Assembly (NCBI GenBank): GCA_035084275.1
Contig: CM068760.1
Span: 2,790,001-2,854,000 of the forward strand
Length of the DNA: 64,000 bases
Source: Hydrolagus colliei
Taxonomy: Eukaryota
Reading direction: 5' to 3'
The notes below the pieces were generated by a model. The model saw nothing but the letters and a program-made list of their open reading frames with translations. It had not been told where the DNA came from and searched no databases. Positions within the stretch are counted from its first letter, which is position 1; each line of letters starts with the position of its first letter. Both the position numbers and the translations under genes were made by a program. This document shows positions 47,201 to 64,000 of the stretch, piece after piece.

Positions 47201-50200
47201 GATTTCTAGCATGTTTTAACGACAATTTTGACAATAATTCTGACACAAATCTAGGAATATGCAAAGAAATAAACCTACAGCAATGAGGTTTCAGCATCAC
47301 TCTGGAAACTCCTCTCAATGCCTGGCATTCCTGACGCCTTGTACCGATCAATGGATCTGCCTTCCTCGGCGTCACACTGCTCAGCATTACTCCGGGCAGT
47401 CACAAACTTGATGTCTGGCTCAATTTGAAATGCAACGCGCTTTGTGCAAAAGAAAAAGGCCATGTTGATTTTGAAAGATTGAAAAGTCACTTAGCTAATC
47501 ACATAACGGAAAGACAACGGGAACAACACCTACTTTGGCATTCCTGGTCGGACTTTGTGTGACTTGCTGATGCTTGATCCCGTCCCCTGCATTGTCCTGC
47601 TGCGATCCTTCTTGCATTAAATCTACCAAAGCCCGAGGTAAACACGCACACAATTAGACAAGGTATACAGACATCCAACACAAAATCTCAGCCTCGCACA
47701 CGCATGCTTAGGACTAGGAAGATTTAGTCCCCGAACTTCATCACCAATAATAGGTCAACATTTGCAATCAAGTTTGTTATCAATTTAATGTAAAATAATA
47801 GTAATGAGGATCTTTTTTGCAAAGGAGTCACATAGCAAAACAGGGCAGATAAAGAATTCTTACCTGGGGACAATCTTGATAGAATCGCATTGGCAGAAAC
47901 ATTCCTCTCTAGAAACTTCAGAGAAAAATAAAACTTAAATCATTAGCGAAACAATTTCTTAAATAGCTTGTAAGCCCTTTAAACAATCTCCTTCAAGAAA
48001 GCAAACCATACGGAACTGTCAAAGCAAATCATGAAGCTTTAGTGTCTCGGGTGTTCTGTGCTCATTTTTGAAAGCTGTTCACTTAAATAGTTTTCTTTCC
48101 ACTTTATGAAAAGCAATCTGCATTTTGGAAAATAAGGGTGAAAACTGGCTTCCAATAGGTTTGAAGTAAACGTAAAGAATAAAAGTTGAAAAGACCAGTT
48201 TATTTTACTCTACTCACATTGCAGATAGTGGATGAGTCCACATTCTGCCTTCTTGCCAGACGTGGACTTCCACGATGGGAGCTAGGCTGGTCCGCCTGAC
48301 TGACCATTGAAGTTGGACTTTCTCTTTGTTGACGAGGCTCAGGCAAAGCTGGAGCCTCGGCTGCAGTCCTGTGCTCTGTCAGGTGATAAGGTGACTGCAA
48401 GGGAATAGCAGAGCGAATGGGCTCCCCAAGCTGCAGGGCATTGGGTCCCGTGGAAAGATTTCTGGGAGTTATGAAGGTGGCTGATCCTAAAAACACAACA
48501 TTTTGTTAAGTCTATTTTTGTGACGTTTAATGAGCCATATGTGGAATGGTCTAACTGCCATGCAAAATAGTTAAATCAGCTGTTTCTAAGGATGTGGCTT
48601 GCAATGATCACATTTAATCACTGCCCTAGGTATAAGCAAAAGCTATTTCTGCTTTCCTCTGATTGAAATACCAGTGCCATGGTATTAAAGTCATCACAGC
48701 CACAGAAAGCTAGAAACTCTTGAGCTACCCAATTTCAAACAGAGGAAAATAAAGTTTTCACTTTATCATTTTGAATGTAAAACGGCAGCTACATTTGCTT
48801 ATACAAACATGAACCCTTCAGATTGGTTCTATCAAAATACAAGTTCATTACTGGCATAAAGAAATCACTACCGCTTTTACTAAATTGATAACATTCTGAT
48901 GTAAAGTTGGGTAAAAGAGTCTTTTCAGAGGACAAACCAAGTTCATTAATACTGATTATATTTGTATAACACATATACAAAACACACTCACTTTCTTGTG
49001 TTTGAGTGTCTTCTAGCCTTGTGCCTGATATGGTGTCATTACCAAGGGGCAAAGCGTAAATGTCATTCCTTCTCTGAGTCCATGTGATATCCAGCTCACC
49101 ATCAGTTTCTGCAGCTCCATTATGGGTACATACAGGAACATCTAAAAATATACAGGAAACATTTAAACAGATAGCGACTACATTATGCAAAAACTGAATC
49201 CCTTTTAAACAAACCCCTCAACATTTTTTAGAAGCAATTACCAATATCTTTTCTGCGGCTAAATGTACACGCAGATTCTCCAAGGCGGATTAGCTCCCCA
49301 GTGGATTCAGATCCACCCCTGTCCTTGTTGGAGCTTAGAGAGGCACAAGTCCTAGAATTGCAAAAACAGCTTTCAATACCAGTGGGACAATGATCTGATC
49401 CACTTATACATGCAGATTTCAAAATAAATCTGTAATTGTATGTATTTGGGGAGAGGGGAAGTACCCAACATAGTCTATTCCCATTTGGCAGTTCTTAGTT
49501 GCGCATGGATTTGCACCCAATAGATCAAAAAAAAACACTCAACTCATTTGATGAGGATTCTCTCAGTTCAGGCAATCTCTCGTCATGTTGGTGACTGAGC
49601 TCCTTCTGAAGAGCTCCTCGAATGACAGATATTCCTTCTTTGGACAGAAAGTCATCTTCCCCTGTTCACAAACAGTGAGTGGATTAAAGGAAACCGCCTT
49701 TTGACTTATTTTGGTAAACAGTTAGAAATAAAATTATTAAAACTTGCACATCTAATTGCTGTAGGCAGTAGATGCAGGATAAGCATGTTTTAGAACAATT
49801 GTACACCCCACAAGGAAATGTTACAGATCATATTCTGAACACATAGGAGGAAATTATTTAGATATATGGAAGTGATGAGGTTTACACTTGACTTACATTC
49901 AATGTTTGTGTTGCTGTGACTCACAGGGAGCAATTATTCTAATGTGAAGTTCAGTAATAACTTCTAATCAAATGTTAATGCTTGGGGTGTGATACATCTT
50001 TCTCTTTCAGATGTTTATCAGCTAAGCAGCTGAGCCTTTTTTGCTTACAGTTCAGAAATATGTTGTTTCTTTGATCGTCAGCTGCAACAAACAATTCATT
50101 TATTTGGGGATGTTAATTTTCTGGGTTGGGTGGATGTGGAGGGGGTGGGGGGGTTGCTTCCATTACCACACAAGGCCTCTGTTATACACATACTATTTTT

Positions 50201-53200
50201 ATATAAAAATTGTAAGTAGTTTTGAGGTGATTGTGATCAAATCATGCCTTGAAAGACGTTCGACCATTTCATAAACAACAATTACTTACCGTTGCCGGGC
50301 TGGGAGGAGGCCTCACTGATCTGCTCGGTGAGATATTCCAACAAACCATCAAAAATTTCCAACAGATTCTGAATGCTTTCTTTGTCACCTCGTACAATGT
50401 TCTCTCCTGAAGTGGGTGAGGAAAGAGGAGGAAAATCAAAACATGGTACAATTCCAGCATTAATCTATGTAGTAAATGAAATCCAATGAAGCACTTTGAG
50501 ACTTTGACAATGTGATAAGGTGCTCACATGCAAGGCTTATTAGATGAGTTAGTGCATTTTTTGCTCGGAAACAATAAGATCAAACATTTCCCGTTACCAG
50601 CTACAGAAGAGATGGTTGCATTTTTTCTTTACTGACCTGTTATGTGGGGTAAACTGATTTGTAAATAATCCAATGCCAATGAATCTATCACTGCTTGCAC
50701 ATTGTGGGCATCATCTTCCTGACTTTTGGGAGCCGCTATGTAATCTGTAAAAGACACAAAATTTGACATACACATAAGGTGTGGTAAACCCCTGAAATGC
50801 CTACTTTAAAGTGGATTTTGTTCATTGTGACTCGCTTGCTTACCTGGGACCCTTTCGCCAAGAATGGCTTCATAAAGAGCAACAAAGGCATTGGCATCAC
50901 AATCAGACAGTCTGGTCACCTGCGGGCTGATGTGGCACTTGCTAAAAAGATCATTGGCAACAGCAACCCAATCTAGAGAGAGAAGCAATGGCCGTTATAT
51001 ATCTGTAGAAGATATTTAAACTCCAAAAAGGAAAATAATGCTCAGAACATAGCATATCCAGTGATATGCTTACACCAGTACTTTCTAATCCTTTTTTTAT
51101 AAAAAAGTGAAGTGTTCTTCAGAGAAGTCAAAAGATTGTAATTTCATATAGAAAGATAACAAATTACAGTACATTGCAATTTCCCAGCAGACAGCTTCAG
51201 TTTCACGCAACTGAGTCATCAGAAATCTCTGAAAACCAGCAAGTTTATGGACTGCAACAGGATAAGACAAAATACAAAATATATAATATGTGATTGTACA
51301 CTACACAGGTTCTGCCTAATATTCGAATAAGTGTTCAGAGCAGAATCTTACTCTGTGGAGAATAGATTTGTCCTCCTTGCAAGCCAGAATGACAGGCCTG
51401 TAAAATCAAAGGATATAGAATAATAATTGGGGACTGTACAAAGCCCTTTTTAGCTGATCTGTGTCAAGAGGCAATTAGAAACTATGGTGCTTAAAATAAT
51501 TATTAAGTTTACACATGTAGTAATTTAAAGTACAGTAACTAAAACATAGACCAGTGTCTCAACCCAGATATAGGAGGATCAACTTTACAACAACGACAAT
51601 AGCAAAATTAAACTTGTATAGCGCCTTTCACGTCAGAACTTTAGGCCAGTAAATCCTACATAAATTTGAATCATATTTAGTTCAGGGGTAAAAGTTGGCA
51701 AAGTCAGGGCAGGAATAACCTCAGAAACATGAACCTCTGGTACAAAGATACTTGAGTCAGCCTGGTGGCACGTTAATTCTAGAGAATTACTGGAAAGGAA
51801 AGTATCTGTGCAGATATTGCCAGAGGGCACAAATGTGATAATAGCTATAAGGACATATTGCTCTATCATAATAATAATAATTATGATTTGATATACAGGT
51901 AGACCCTATTTAACTGTTTAACGTTGCTTCGGTCAACGTTGTTTTGTTATTACATTGCTGATACATAGGGATACGTAAATATCCATTTAATGTTGCAACG
52001 TTTTTCTTTTATGTTGTTCGCTAGCAGGTGAAAACAAGCTACTGAAGTTTGGGTAGCATAGGCTACCGTCCGGTATTCTGATGCAGTGTCCATCCACAGT
52101 TTTAACATCACCATTTTAAGTTTCTGCGCAGTGTGAGATCGGTAATTTTTTTTTAAATCAGCATTTGTACAATCCTCTGTAAACATGAATCAAAAACGCC
52201 CAGGAAATGACAGTGGTGAGTCTGGTAGTAAAAAAAAAGGAAAACTATTACTCTCTAAATGAAATTAGATGTTTTAATCCGTTTTGATGCCATGAGTGAT
52301 ATGTCATTTAAATTTATATTTTCTTAGATTTTACATTTGAGTGTACATGTATTTCAACTTATAATTTTTTTTAAAGAAAATTTTGACAAGAATGTTGACC
52401 AAATGAACCTAACTCCAGTTTATATATTAATTCTTATGGGGAAAATGTGTCACCTTAACGTCATTTCGCTTCAAGTCGCACTTTTCAAGCACACAACTAC
52501 GACGTTAAGCGAGAACTAATTGGAGCGCTTTTCACATCTTCTAGACGTCTCAAAGCGCTTCACAGAATATGCTGTAAAGTGAATTGACTGTATATTTCTG
52601 GGCGAAACACGGCAGCACGGCAGTGTCCCACAAACACTCGTGGATTGAAGTGACCAATTTATTATCGTTTCCTTTGAGGGATTATTAGCAGGTGTGTGGA
52701 GTAAGGAAACTTGCCCAAGGTTTCACCTTGACTTACCCACTTCCCTGGTTAGAACCTCCCCTCCTATCACCCTTTCCTTGGCTATAAACCCCCCCACCCT
52801 TGGCTAAAACCCCATCACCCTGGCTATCATTCCTGTTTCCCTCCTGCCTCTCACGAGAGAGCAACAAGCCAAATAATGTCTAGAGAGTGCAAGCATGCTA
52901 AGCATTTTACAGACGTAATGCAAGAGTCCCTCCAGCGGTTTTCCTATTTATCATGTTACAGGAACTTGGCTGTATTCCAATGACGTACGGTATTACTCAG
53001 AGTCCAGAGGACTTTTCATTTGTCATCCCTCTGATGCATATACCCTGCAGGTATAAGGAAACGCCCATGTCACCCACAGCTGGGTCCCGACAGCGTATCT
53101 GACAGTCGTACAGTTGAAACGGACTTTGTCAAAGCTTTGAAATATTTACAGATACCGTAAATCATAATTTAATTTTTTTTAAAAACAATGCACAGAAATA

Positions 53201-53218
53201 ACACTGGGTGATGGGCGG

Positions 53219-53249
<31 letters not shown>

Positions 53250-54070
53250 GGGGGCTAGAAGCTAAGAGATACCATGTCATAAGATAAGAATGAAACAAAA
53301 CACTGAAATAGCCTCCCCCACACATAAATGCAGCCATAAAAGTCTATGGGACGCAACCCCAAATGACGGTCTGTCAGAGCTTCAAGTCCAAATCGAAGTG
53401 GAGAAGACTCATCTACCGACTGAAGGGATTTCGGACAACATTAACCTAAACACACTTTGAAGGGCCGAGCTTTAAGATGGTGACTGATGCGAAAGTAGAG
53501 GACGTCAGGAAGAACAGAGTGTAAAGAAAGGAGAGTAGTGGGGGTGGGGAGGGGGGGCGGGAGAGATACACACAAATCGCAGCTTCTGGAGGATATAAAC
53601 AGAGCGGAAAAAACACAACACAAACTGCAGAAGGGGCCAGAGCTATGATATAACCACCCCCGCCAAACACTCCCACACAAAAAAATACATTTAAAAACAT
53701 GACAGCACAACAAGCATCGAGTAAAGTTACTGACAATACACCTTCCAAACTCACTACGCCCTTCAACTGGCGTCTACAGCTTCTGGTTACCTTGACAATG
53801 TCCCAGAACTTTAGAAAGGGGGGTGGGGGAGAAGAGAAGAGAGGGTCGGTCGGGACTATGACTATTGAGTTGTCTGCACTGTTATCCCGGGGATTCAAAT
53901 CAAAAACACAAACCCAGGGAGCCAGCCCGGTGCCAAAGTTTGAGGACTTGACAAGCGCCGGTGTGAGGGGCGGGTGTGTGGGGAGGGGAGAGATGGAGTC
54001 ACTGTTTGGGAGGCTGGGAGCAAAACGACAGTCGACAAAACCACCAACCTCGCTCTTCCCGAGGTTCCAT
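41107..54070 (-). CDS. CEP95: Centrosomal protein of 95 kDa (CEP95/CCDC45), 22 predicted coding exons, ~904 aa
   Basis: Phase-consistent exons totalling 2715 nt. N-terminal [15 protein letters not shown]...[53 protein letters not shown]; C-terminal coiled coil ...[26 protein letters not shown]; synteny. Confidence 0.95.
41804..41875 (-). CDS. CEP95: CEP95 exon 21
   Basis: [24 protein letters not shown]. Confidence 0.93.
42458..42604 (-). CDS. CEP95: CEP95 exon 20
   Basis: [28 protein letters not shown]...[12 protein letters not shown]. Confidence 0.94.
42638..42795 (-). mobile_element. L2-like LINE 3' fragment
   Basis: (CAA)n tail, GCGCCTTTCAC, then GAGTTCCAGAGTATGGGGGCAGAGAGGCTG typical of L2 3' ends. 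Confidence 0.6.
43001..43153 (-). CDS. CEP95: CEP95 exon 19
   Basis: [51 protein letters not shown]. Confidence 0.94.
43450..43524 (-). CDS. CEP95: CEP95 exon 18
   Basis: [25 protein letters not shown]. Confidence 0.93.
43774..43943 (-). CDS. CEP95: CEP95 exon 17
   Basis: [39 protein letters not shown]. Confidence 0.93.
44100..44113 (+). promoter_or_regulatory. CTCF-like motif
   Basis: CCACCAGAGGGCAG matches the CCASYAGRKGGCRS core. Confidence 0.6.
44508..44655 (-). CDS. CEP95: CEP95 exon 16
   Basis: [26 protein letters not shown]...[11 protein letters not shown]. Confidence 0.87.
44765..44910 (+). mobile_element. SINE 5' half (tRNA-like head)
   Basis: TAGCTCGGTGA...GGTTCAATTCCAGGCAGGGCGAA, similar to the 32709 copy. 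Confidence 0.8.
45103..45195 (-). CDS. CEP95: CEP95 exon 15
   Basis: [31 protein letters not shown]; phase 0-0. Confidence 0.8.
45323..45495 (-). CDS. CEP95: CEP95 exon 14
   Basis: [22 protein letters not shown]...[10 protein letters not shown]. Confidence 0.85.
46024..46170 (-). mobile_element. SINE 3' fragment
   Basis: AATAATCCTTGCATTGGATATCGCGCTTTTCACATCTTCTAGACGTCTC... Confidence 0.82.
46340..46454 (-). CDS. CEP95: CEP95 exon 13
   Basis: [38 protein letters not shown]. Confidence 0.9.
46731..46744 (-). promoter_or_regulatory. CTCF-like motif
   Basis: CCACTAGGCGGCAG on the minus strand. Confidence 0.55.
46909..47041 (-). CDS. CEP95: CEP95 exon 12
   Basis: ...[29 protein letters not shown]. 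Confidence 0.9.
47345..47439 (-). CDS. CEP95: CEP95 exon 11
   Basis: [31 protein letters not shown]; phase 0-2. Confidence 0.65.
47534..47622 (-). CDS. CEP95: CEP95 exon 10
   Basis: [29 protein letters not shown]; phase 1-0, donor gtaggt. Confidence 0.65.
47864..47915 (-). CDS. CEP95: CEP95 exon 9
   Basis: [17 protein letters not shown]; 52 nt, phase 0-1, donor gtaaga. Confidence 0.7.
48218..48486 (-). CDS. CEP95: CEP95 exon 8
   Basis: Contains conserved [21 protein letters not shown]. Confidence 0.88.
48992..49141 (-). CDS. CEP95: CEP95 exon 7
   Basis: [20 protein letters not shown]...LEDTQTQE; ttag/gtgagt, phase 1-1. Confidence 0.75.
49242..49351 (-). CDS. CEP95: CEP95 exon 6 (alternative in-phase acceptor at 49429)
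   Basis: [36 protein letters not shown]; conserved [10 protein letters not shown] motif. Confidence 0.8.
49544..49661 (-). CDS. CEP95: CEP95 exon 5 (donor boundary uncertain)
   Basis: [38 protein letters not shown]; weak donor GA|gttgag but correct phase. Confidence 0.65.
50290..50406 (-). CDS. CEP95: CEP95 exon 4
   Basis: [38 protein letters not shown]. Confidence 0.93.
50637..50744 (-). CDS. CEP95: CEP95 exon 3
   Basis: [35 protein letters not shown]. Confidence 0.94.
50844..50972 (-). CDS. CEP95: CEP95 exon 2
   Basis: [42 protein letters not shown]. Confidence 0.93.
51896..52522. mobile_element. Degenerate Tigger/pogo-like non-autonomous DNA transposon nested in a SINE
   Basis: Begins TA|CAGGTAG, ends CGACGTTAAGCGAGAACTAATTG; the flanks rejoin to the SINE consensus TTTGATATA|GCGCTTTTCAC. 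Confidence 0.65.
52525..52730 (-). mobile_element. SINE body (its tail is at 51868-51895)
   Basis: GCGCTTTTCACATCTTCTAGACGTCTCAAAGCGCTTCACAGAAT...TTGCCCAAGGTTTC. Confidence 0.85.
54049..54070 (-). CDS. CEP95: CEP95 coding exon 1
   Basis: aacATG GAA CCT CGG GAA GAG CGA G|gttggt (MEPREER), phase 1 matches exon 2, lies in the CpG island. Confidence 0.8.
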
Positions 54071-54969
54071 GTTACTTCAGAAAGACTCCCCGACTGCGAT
54101 CGCTCCCGTCTTCCCCCATGTTATTCTTTTTCTCTCTCTCTCTCTCTTCCCCTCCCCCTTCCTCTTCACCCACGGCCTTCCACTCTCAGGACTGGCTCCC
54201 AACGGCCTCCGACCATTTAAACCGTCGTCCGCCCGCCATTGGCTCGCGCCGGGACGCCACCAACCGACCAGACCCGGATGTTACGCAACGGCGACGCATC
54301 GTTTTTTTATAAAAAATATTAAAAATTCAAGCATTTTTTTTTAAACCAAAAATTGGGGATTTCCCTTATTAATGAAAGTCTTTACAACGTTACCCCCAAA
54401 CCCTCTCCCCCCCCCCCCACTCAGGTTTCACATTTAATTTATTCCTCCCGAGGAGGGTTAGCGGGGGGATGGGGGGAAGGGGGGGAAATGACGGTTTTTT
54501 TAACCAACAATCGCCCACGCCCCCCCCCCCCCCCCCCAATCATAGTTTGATTGACGTCACCCGGTCGTCAAGGAAAAAAAGCCTTTTCACCGCTTTTATT
54601 GCAATGCATCGGTCCTCGCGCATCAAATAGTCCCGATGACAATTCAAACGCCCCCAAAACGGGTCCGGGGCCCCCCGGAACCGGCACGAATCGACCAGAG
54701 GCTATTCGATGGCTGCCCGAGCGATTGAATGGGGCGATGGGTGTGGGACGGGAGTCGCTGTGGCGGCTGGGGCGGTGGGTGCGCAGTTTTGATTAGCGGA
54801 GGGATACCCGGCTGGCGGGTTGGGTGATGGGGATGGTTTAAGGAGTTCCGGCGCCGGCAGCCTTCCTCTTTCGCCGGCTCGTACTAAAGGTTGACAAGGA
54901 ACCGGCATTTTATCCCAACCGGCGTCGTGTTTAACAGCCTTTAACGTCTCTCATCACAACCGCAGGAGA
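54071..54969. promoter_or_regulatory. CpG-rich bidirectional promoter / 5' UTRs shared by CEP95 and DDX5
   Basis: 899 bp between divergent ATGs; CpG-rich; palindromic CRE TGACGTCA 54552-54559, CCAAT boxes (~54238, ~54536), ETS-like CCGGAT/CCGGAA, GC box ~54769, TTTAAG 54837 and pyrimidine initiator CCTCTTTC ~54865-54872. Confidence 0.85.
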
Positions 54970-61996
<7,027 letters not shown>

Positions 61997-62343
61997 CTTA
62001 TTGACCTAGGTGTTTTTGAATTATTTTTCATTCTCTTCTGACTTGTACTGTAATTTTTTTTTGAGGAGAGGATGGGAAAGTTTAATAGAAACCATTGATA
62101 ATTCAGCAAAGACTGCAGTGCAGCAGTAGGATTGGTGCACTTTCCCCACTATTTAATTTTTTGTTACTTTACATTCCTTGGAACTTTTTTTGTTAGTGTT
62201 TTCTATTAGAAATGGCAGGTTAATATTATTACAAGTTACTTACACAAAAGTACTACAGCATACATGAAGATGCATGTCATTCCTGTAAGGAAGTTTGATA
62301 CAAGTCTTGGAGTTCTGTATGTAACTGCCAATGTGTCATTTTA

Positions 62344-62349
62344 AATAAA
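62344..62349 (+). terminator. DDX5 polyadenylation signal
   Basis: AATAAA ~350 nt after the stop, followed by a U/GU-rich tract (gagtttttgtgttg). Confidence 0.75.
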
Positions 62350-63021
62350 ACCTTGAAACTGAGTTTTTGTGTTGCTGATTTTATTTGAGGGAATATTGTT
62401 TGTGTCTGTCTTGTGTGTCCACTGGAGAGAGTTGGCATGGTCATTCTTTGCAAATCCACTGTAAAGAGAGCACTAGCCCGTTTTCTCCAACTTAGAGGGT
62501 CAGACAGCATCAATAACACCATCTATAGATGCTGCCTGACCTGAGTTTTTGTTTCAGATTTCTAGCATATGTTGTGTTTTTCTCCAACTTAGCATTCTCT
62601 AAAGGCAAGCTATCACCCATGGTTGCCCAAGTATAAATTGTTGCCTCCAATCTTGCTGCCTTTGTTCATTTCGTTTTCTTTCTCTTCTATCCTGACCCCT
62701 GAGAAAAGTGATGGCTACAATCTGCTACTATTTTTAACTTGCTGTTTCCTATTTGATCAGCAGATGGAGCATGGTATCCCTATTCAGTGAGAGCATATGT
62801 AGACAAACTAAGATGACATCACAGCTGAACTTGAGCTGACTACATTATCACTTAATCCAGATAATGATTAATGCGTAAAGGAAATGAACTAATTGGTGTT
62901 CCAGCCTTAAAGCTTATCTCTTTGACTGCTTAAGGTCAACTTTCCCCTCTCCTTTGCTTAGTGTCTGACTTTGTCCCTGTGAAGTGCTCTCGTGTTAACC
63001 TATATGAAGGGTGCTATATAA

Positions 63022-63990
63022 TAATAAACTTTGCATTTGATATAGTGCTTTTCACAGCTTCTAAAAGCCTCAAAGCATTTCACAGAATACCGTATATCTG
63101 CGTATAAGGCGCACTTTTTTTCAGGTCGGAAGATCTCGAAAGTTGGGGGTGCGCCCTATACGCAGGTACAAGCAATTTTGAGCCTCGGAGATACAGTAAA
63201 CAGGAGGGGCGGCCGGCGCGCTGTCAGCCGGGGTTTGCTCAGTGTCCGGCGGGGGTTGGGAGGAGCGGGTGACGGGGCTTCGGGACCATCAGCAGCAGCG
63301 GACTTCAGTGCTGTGCTTACCTTCTGCCGAACCCAGTCTGCCTGCGTCCCTCCCTGCCGCTCTCCTTCCCTCCCTGCCTGCGTGCCTGCTTCCCTGCCTC
63401 CCTCTCTCCCTGGCTGCCTGGCTCTCTCCCTGGCTGCCTGGCTCTCTCCCTCTCTCTCTCCCGGGCTGCCGACCTGCCTCTCTCCCTCTCTCTCTCCCAG
63501 GCTGCTGACCTGCCTCTCTCCCAGGCTGCCGGCCTGTCTCTCTCCCTCTCTCTCTCCCAGGCTGCCGGCCTGCCTCTCTCCCTCTCTCTCTCCCGGGCTG
63601 CCGACCTGCCGCTCTCCGTCCCTCCCTCCCTGCCTGCGTGCCTGCCTCTCTCCCTACCTACCTGTCTCTCCTGTCTCTCCTCCCTTCTGCCGGCAATATC
63701 ATTGAAAATGATTCCGTTTTTTTCACCAAGAAAAGGTCAAAAACGGGGGGTGCACCTTATACGCGGGTGCGCCTTATACGCGGAGATATACGGTATACAG
63801 TAAAATGAATTTACTATTTGTGGGTGAAATGCAGCAGCTAATTGCGCACAGCAGTATCCCACAAACAGCTGTGGATTGAAATGAGCAATTTATTGGGGGT
63901 TTTTTAGGGATTATTATTAGGTGTGTGGAGCAAGGTTTCACCCTGGTCTGGAATCGAACCCAGGTCCTTCGTTTGTAAGAACGCTCCCCC
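63022..63990 (-). mobile_element. SINE split by the Tc2-like element (63022-63089 and 63794-63990)
   Basis: Halves rejoin to CACAGAATATAC.GTAAA; core GCAGCTAATTGCGCACAGCAG and B-box complement GGAATCGAACC. Confidence 0.85.
63090..63793. mobile_element. Tc2-like (Tc1/mariner superfamily) non-autonomous element with internal CT-rich minisatellite
   Basis: TIRs CCGTATATCT(C)CGCGTATAAGGCGCAC (imperfect on the left), TA duplication (63088-63089, 63794-63795), subterminal GGTGCGCCTTATACGC repeats. Confidence 0.88.
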
Positions 63991-64000
63991 TGTAACCGCC

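Noticed and set aside
63178-63705. 175-aa ORF with repeated LSPSLSPRLP units
   Set aside because: Translation of the minisatellite inside the Tc2-like element

Overview
Vertebrate genomic DNA. It is most likely from a cartilaginous fish (chimaera-like), inferred from the tRNA/Deu-core SINEs with L2-type tails and a shark-type CR1 tail. The window holds the conserved SMURF2-CEP95-DDX5 block: SMURF2 (+, coding exons 2-19, exon 1 upstream of the window), CEP95 (-, 22 predicted coding exons, ~904 aa, tail-to-tail with SMURF2) and DDX5/p68 (+, 13 exons, 643 aa, head-to-head with CEP95 across a ~0.9 kb CpG-rich bidirectional promoter). All exons were delimited by hand from GT-AG sites and reading phase. 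Mobile elements include a non-autonomous hAT with an 8-bp TSD and a dead BED-finger ORF, two Tc1/mariner-superfamily elements each inserted at a TA inside a SINE, a ~390-bp foldback element and many SINE/L2 fragments. The most interesting unexplained signals are in the 13.7-kb SMURF2 intron 10: a frame-preserving 27-nt microexon candidate and a complete-looking antisense two-exon microprotein gene candidate. Also notable are the structured DDX5 intron 11 (miR-3064/miR-5047-homologous stems, poison acceptor) and the DDX5/DDX17 mosaic character of the helicase. Comparisons with human sequences are from memory and need alignment; no database searches were run.
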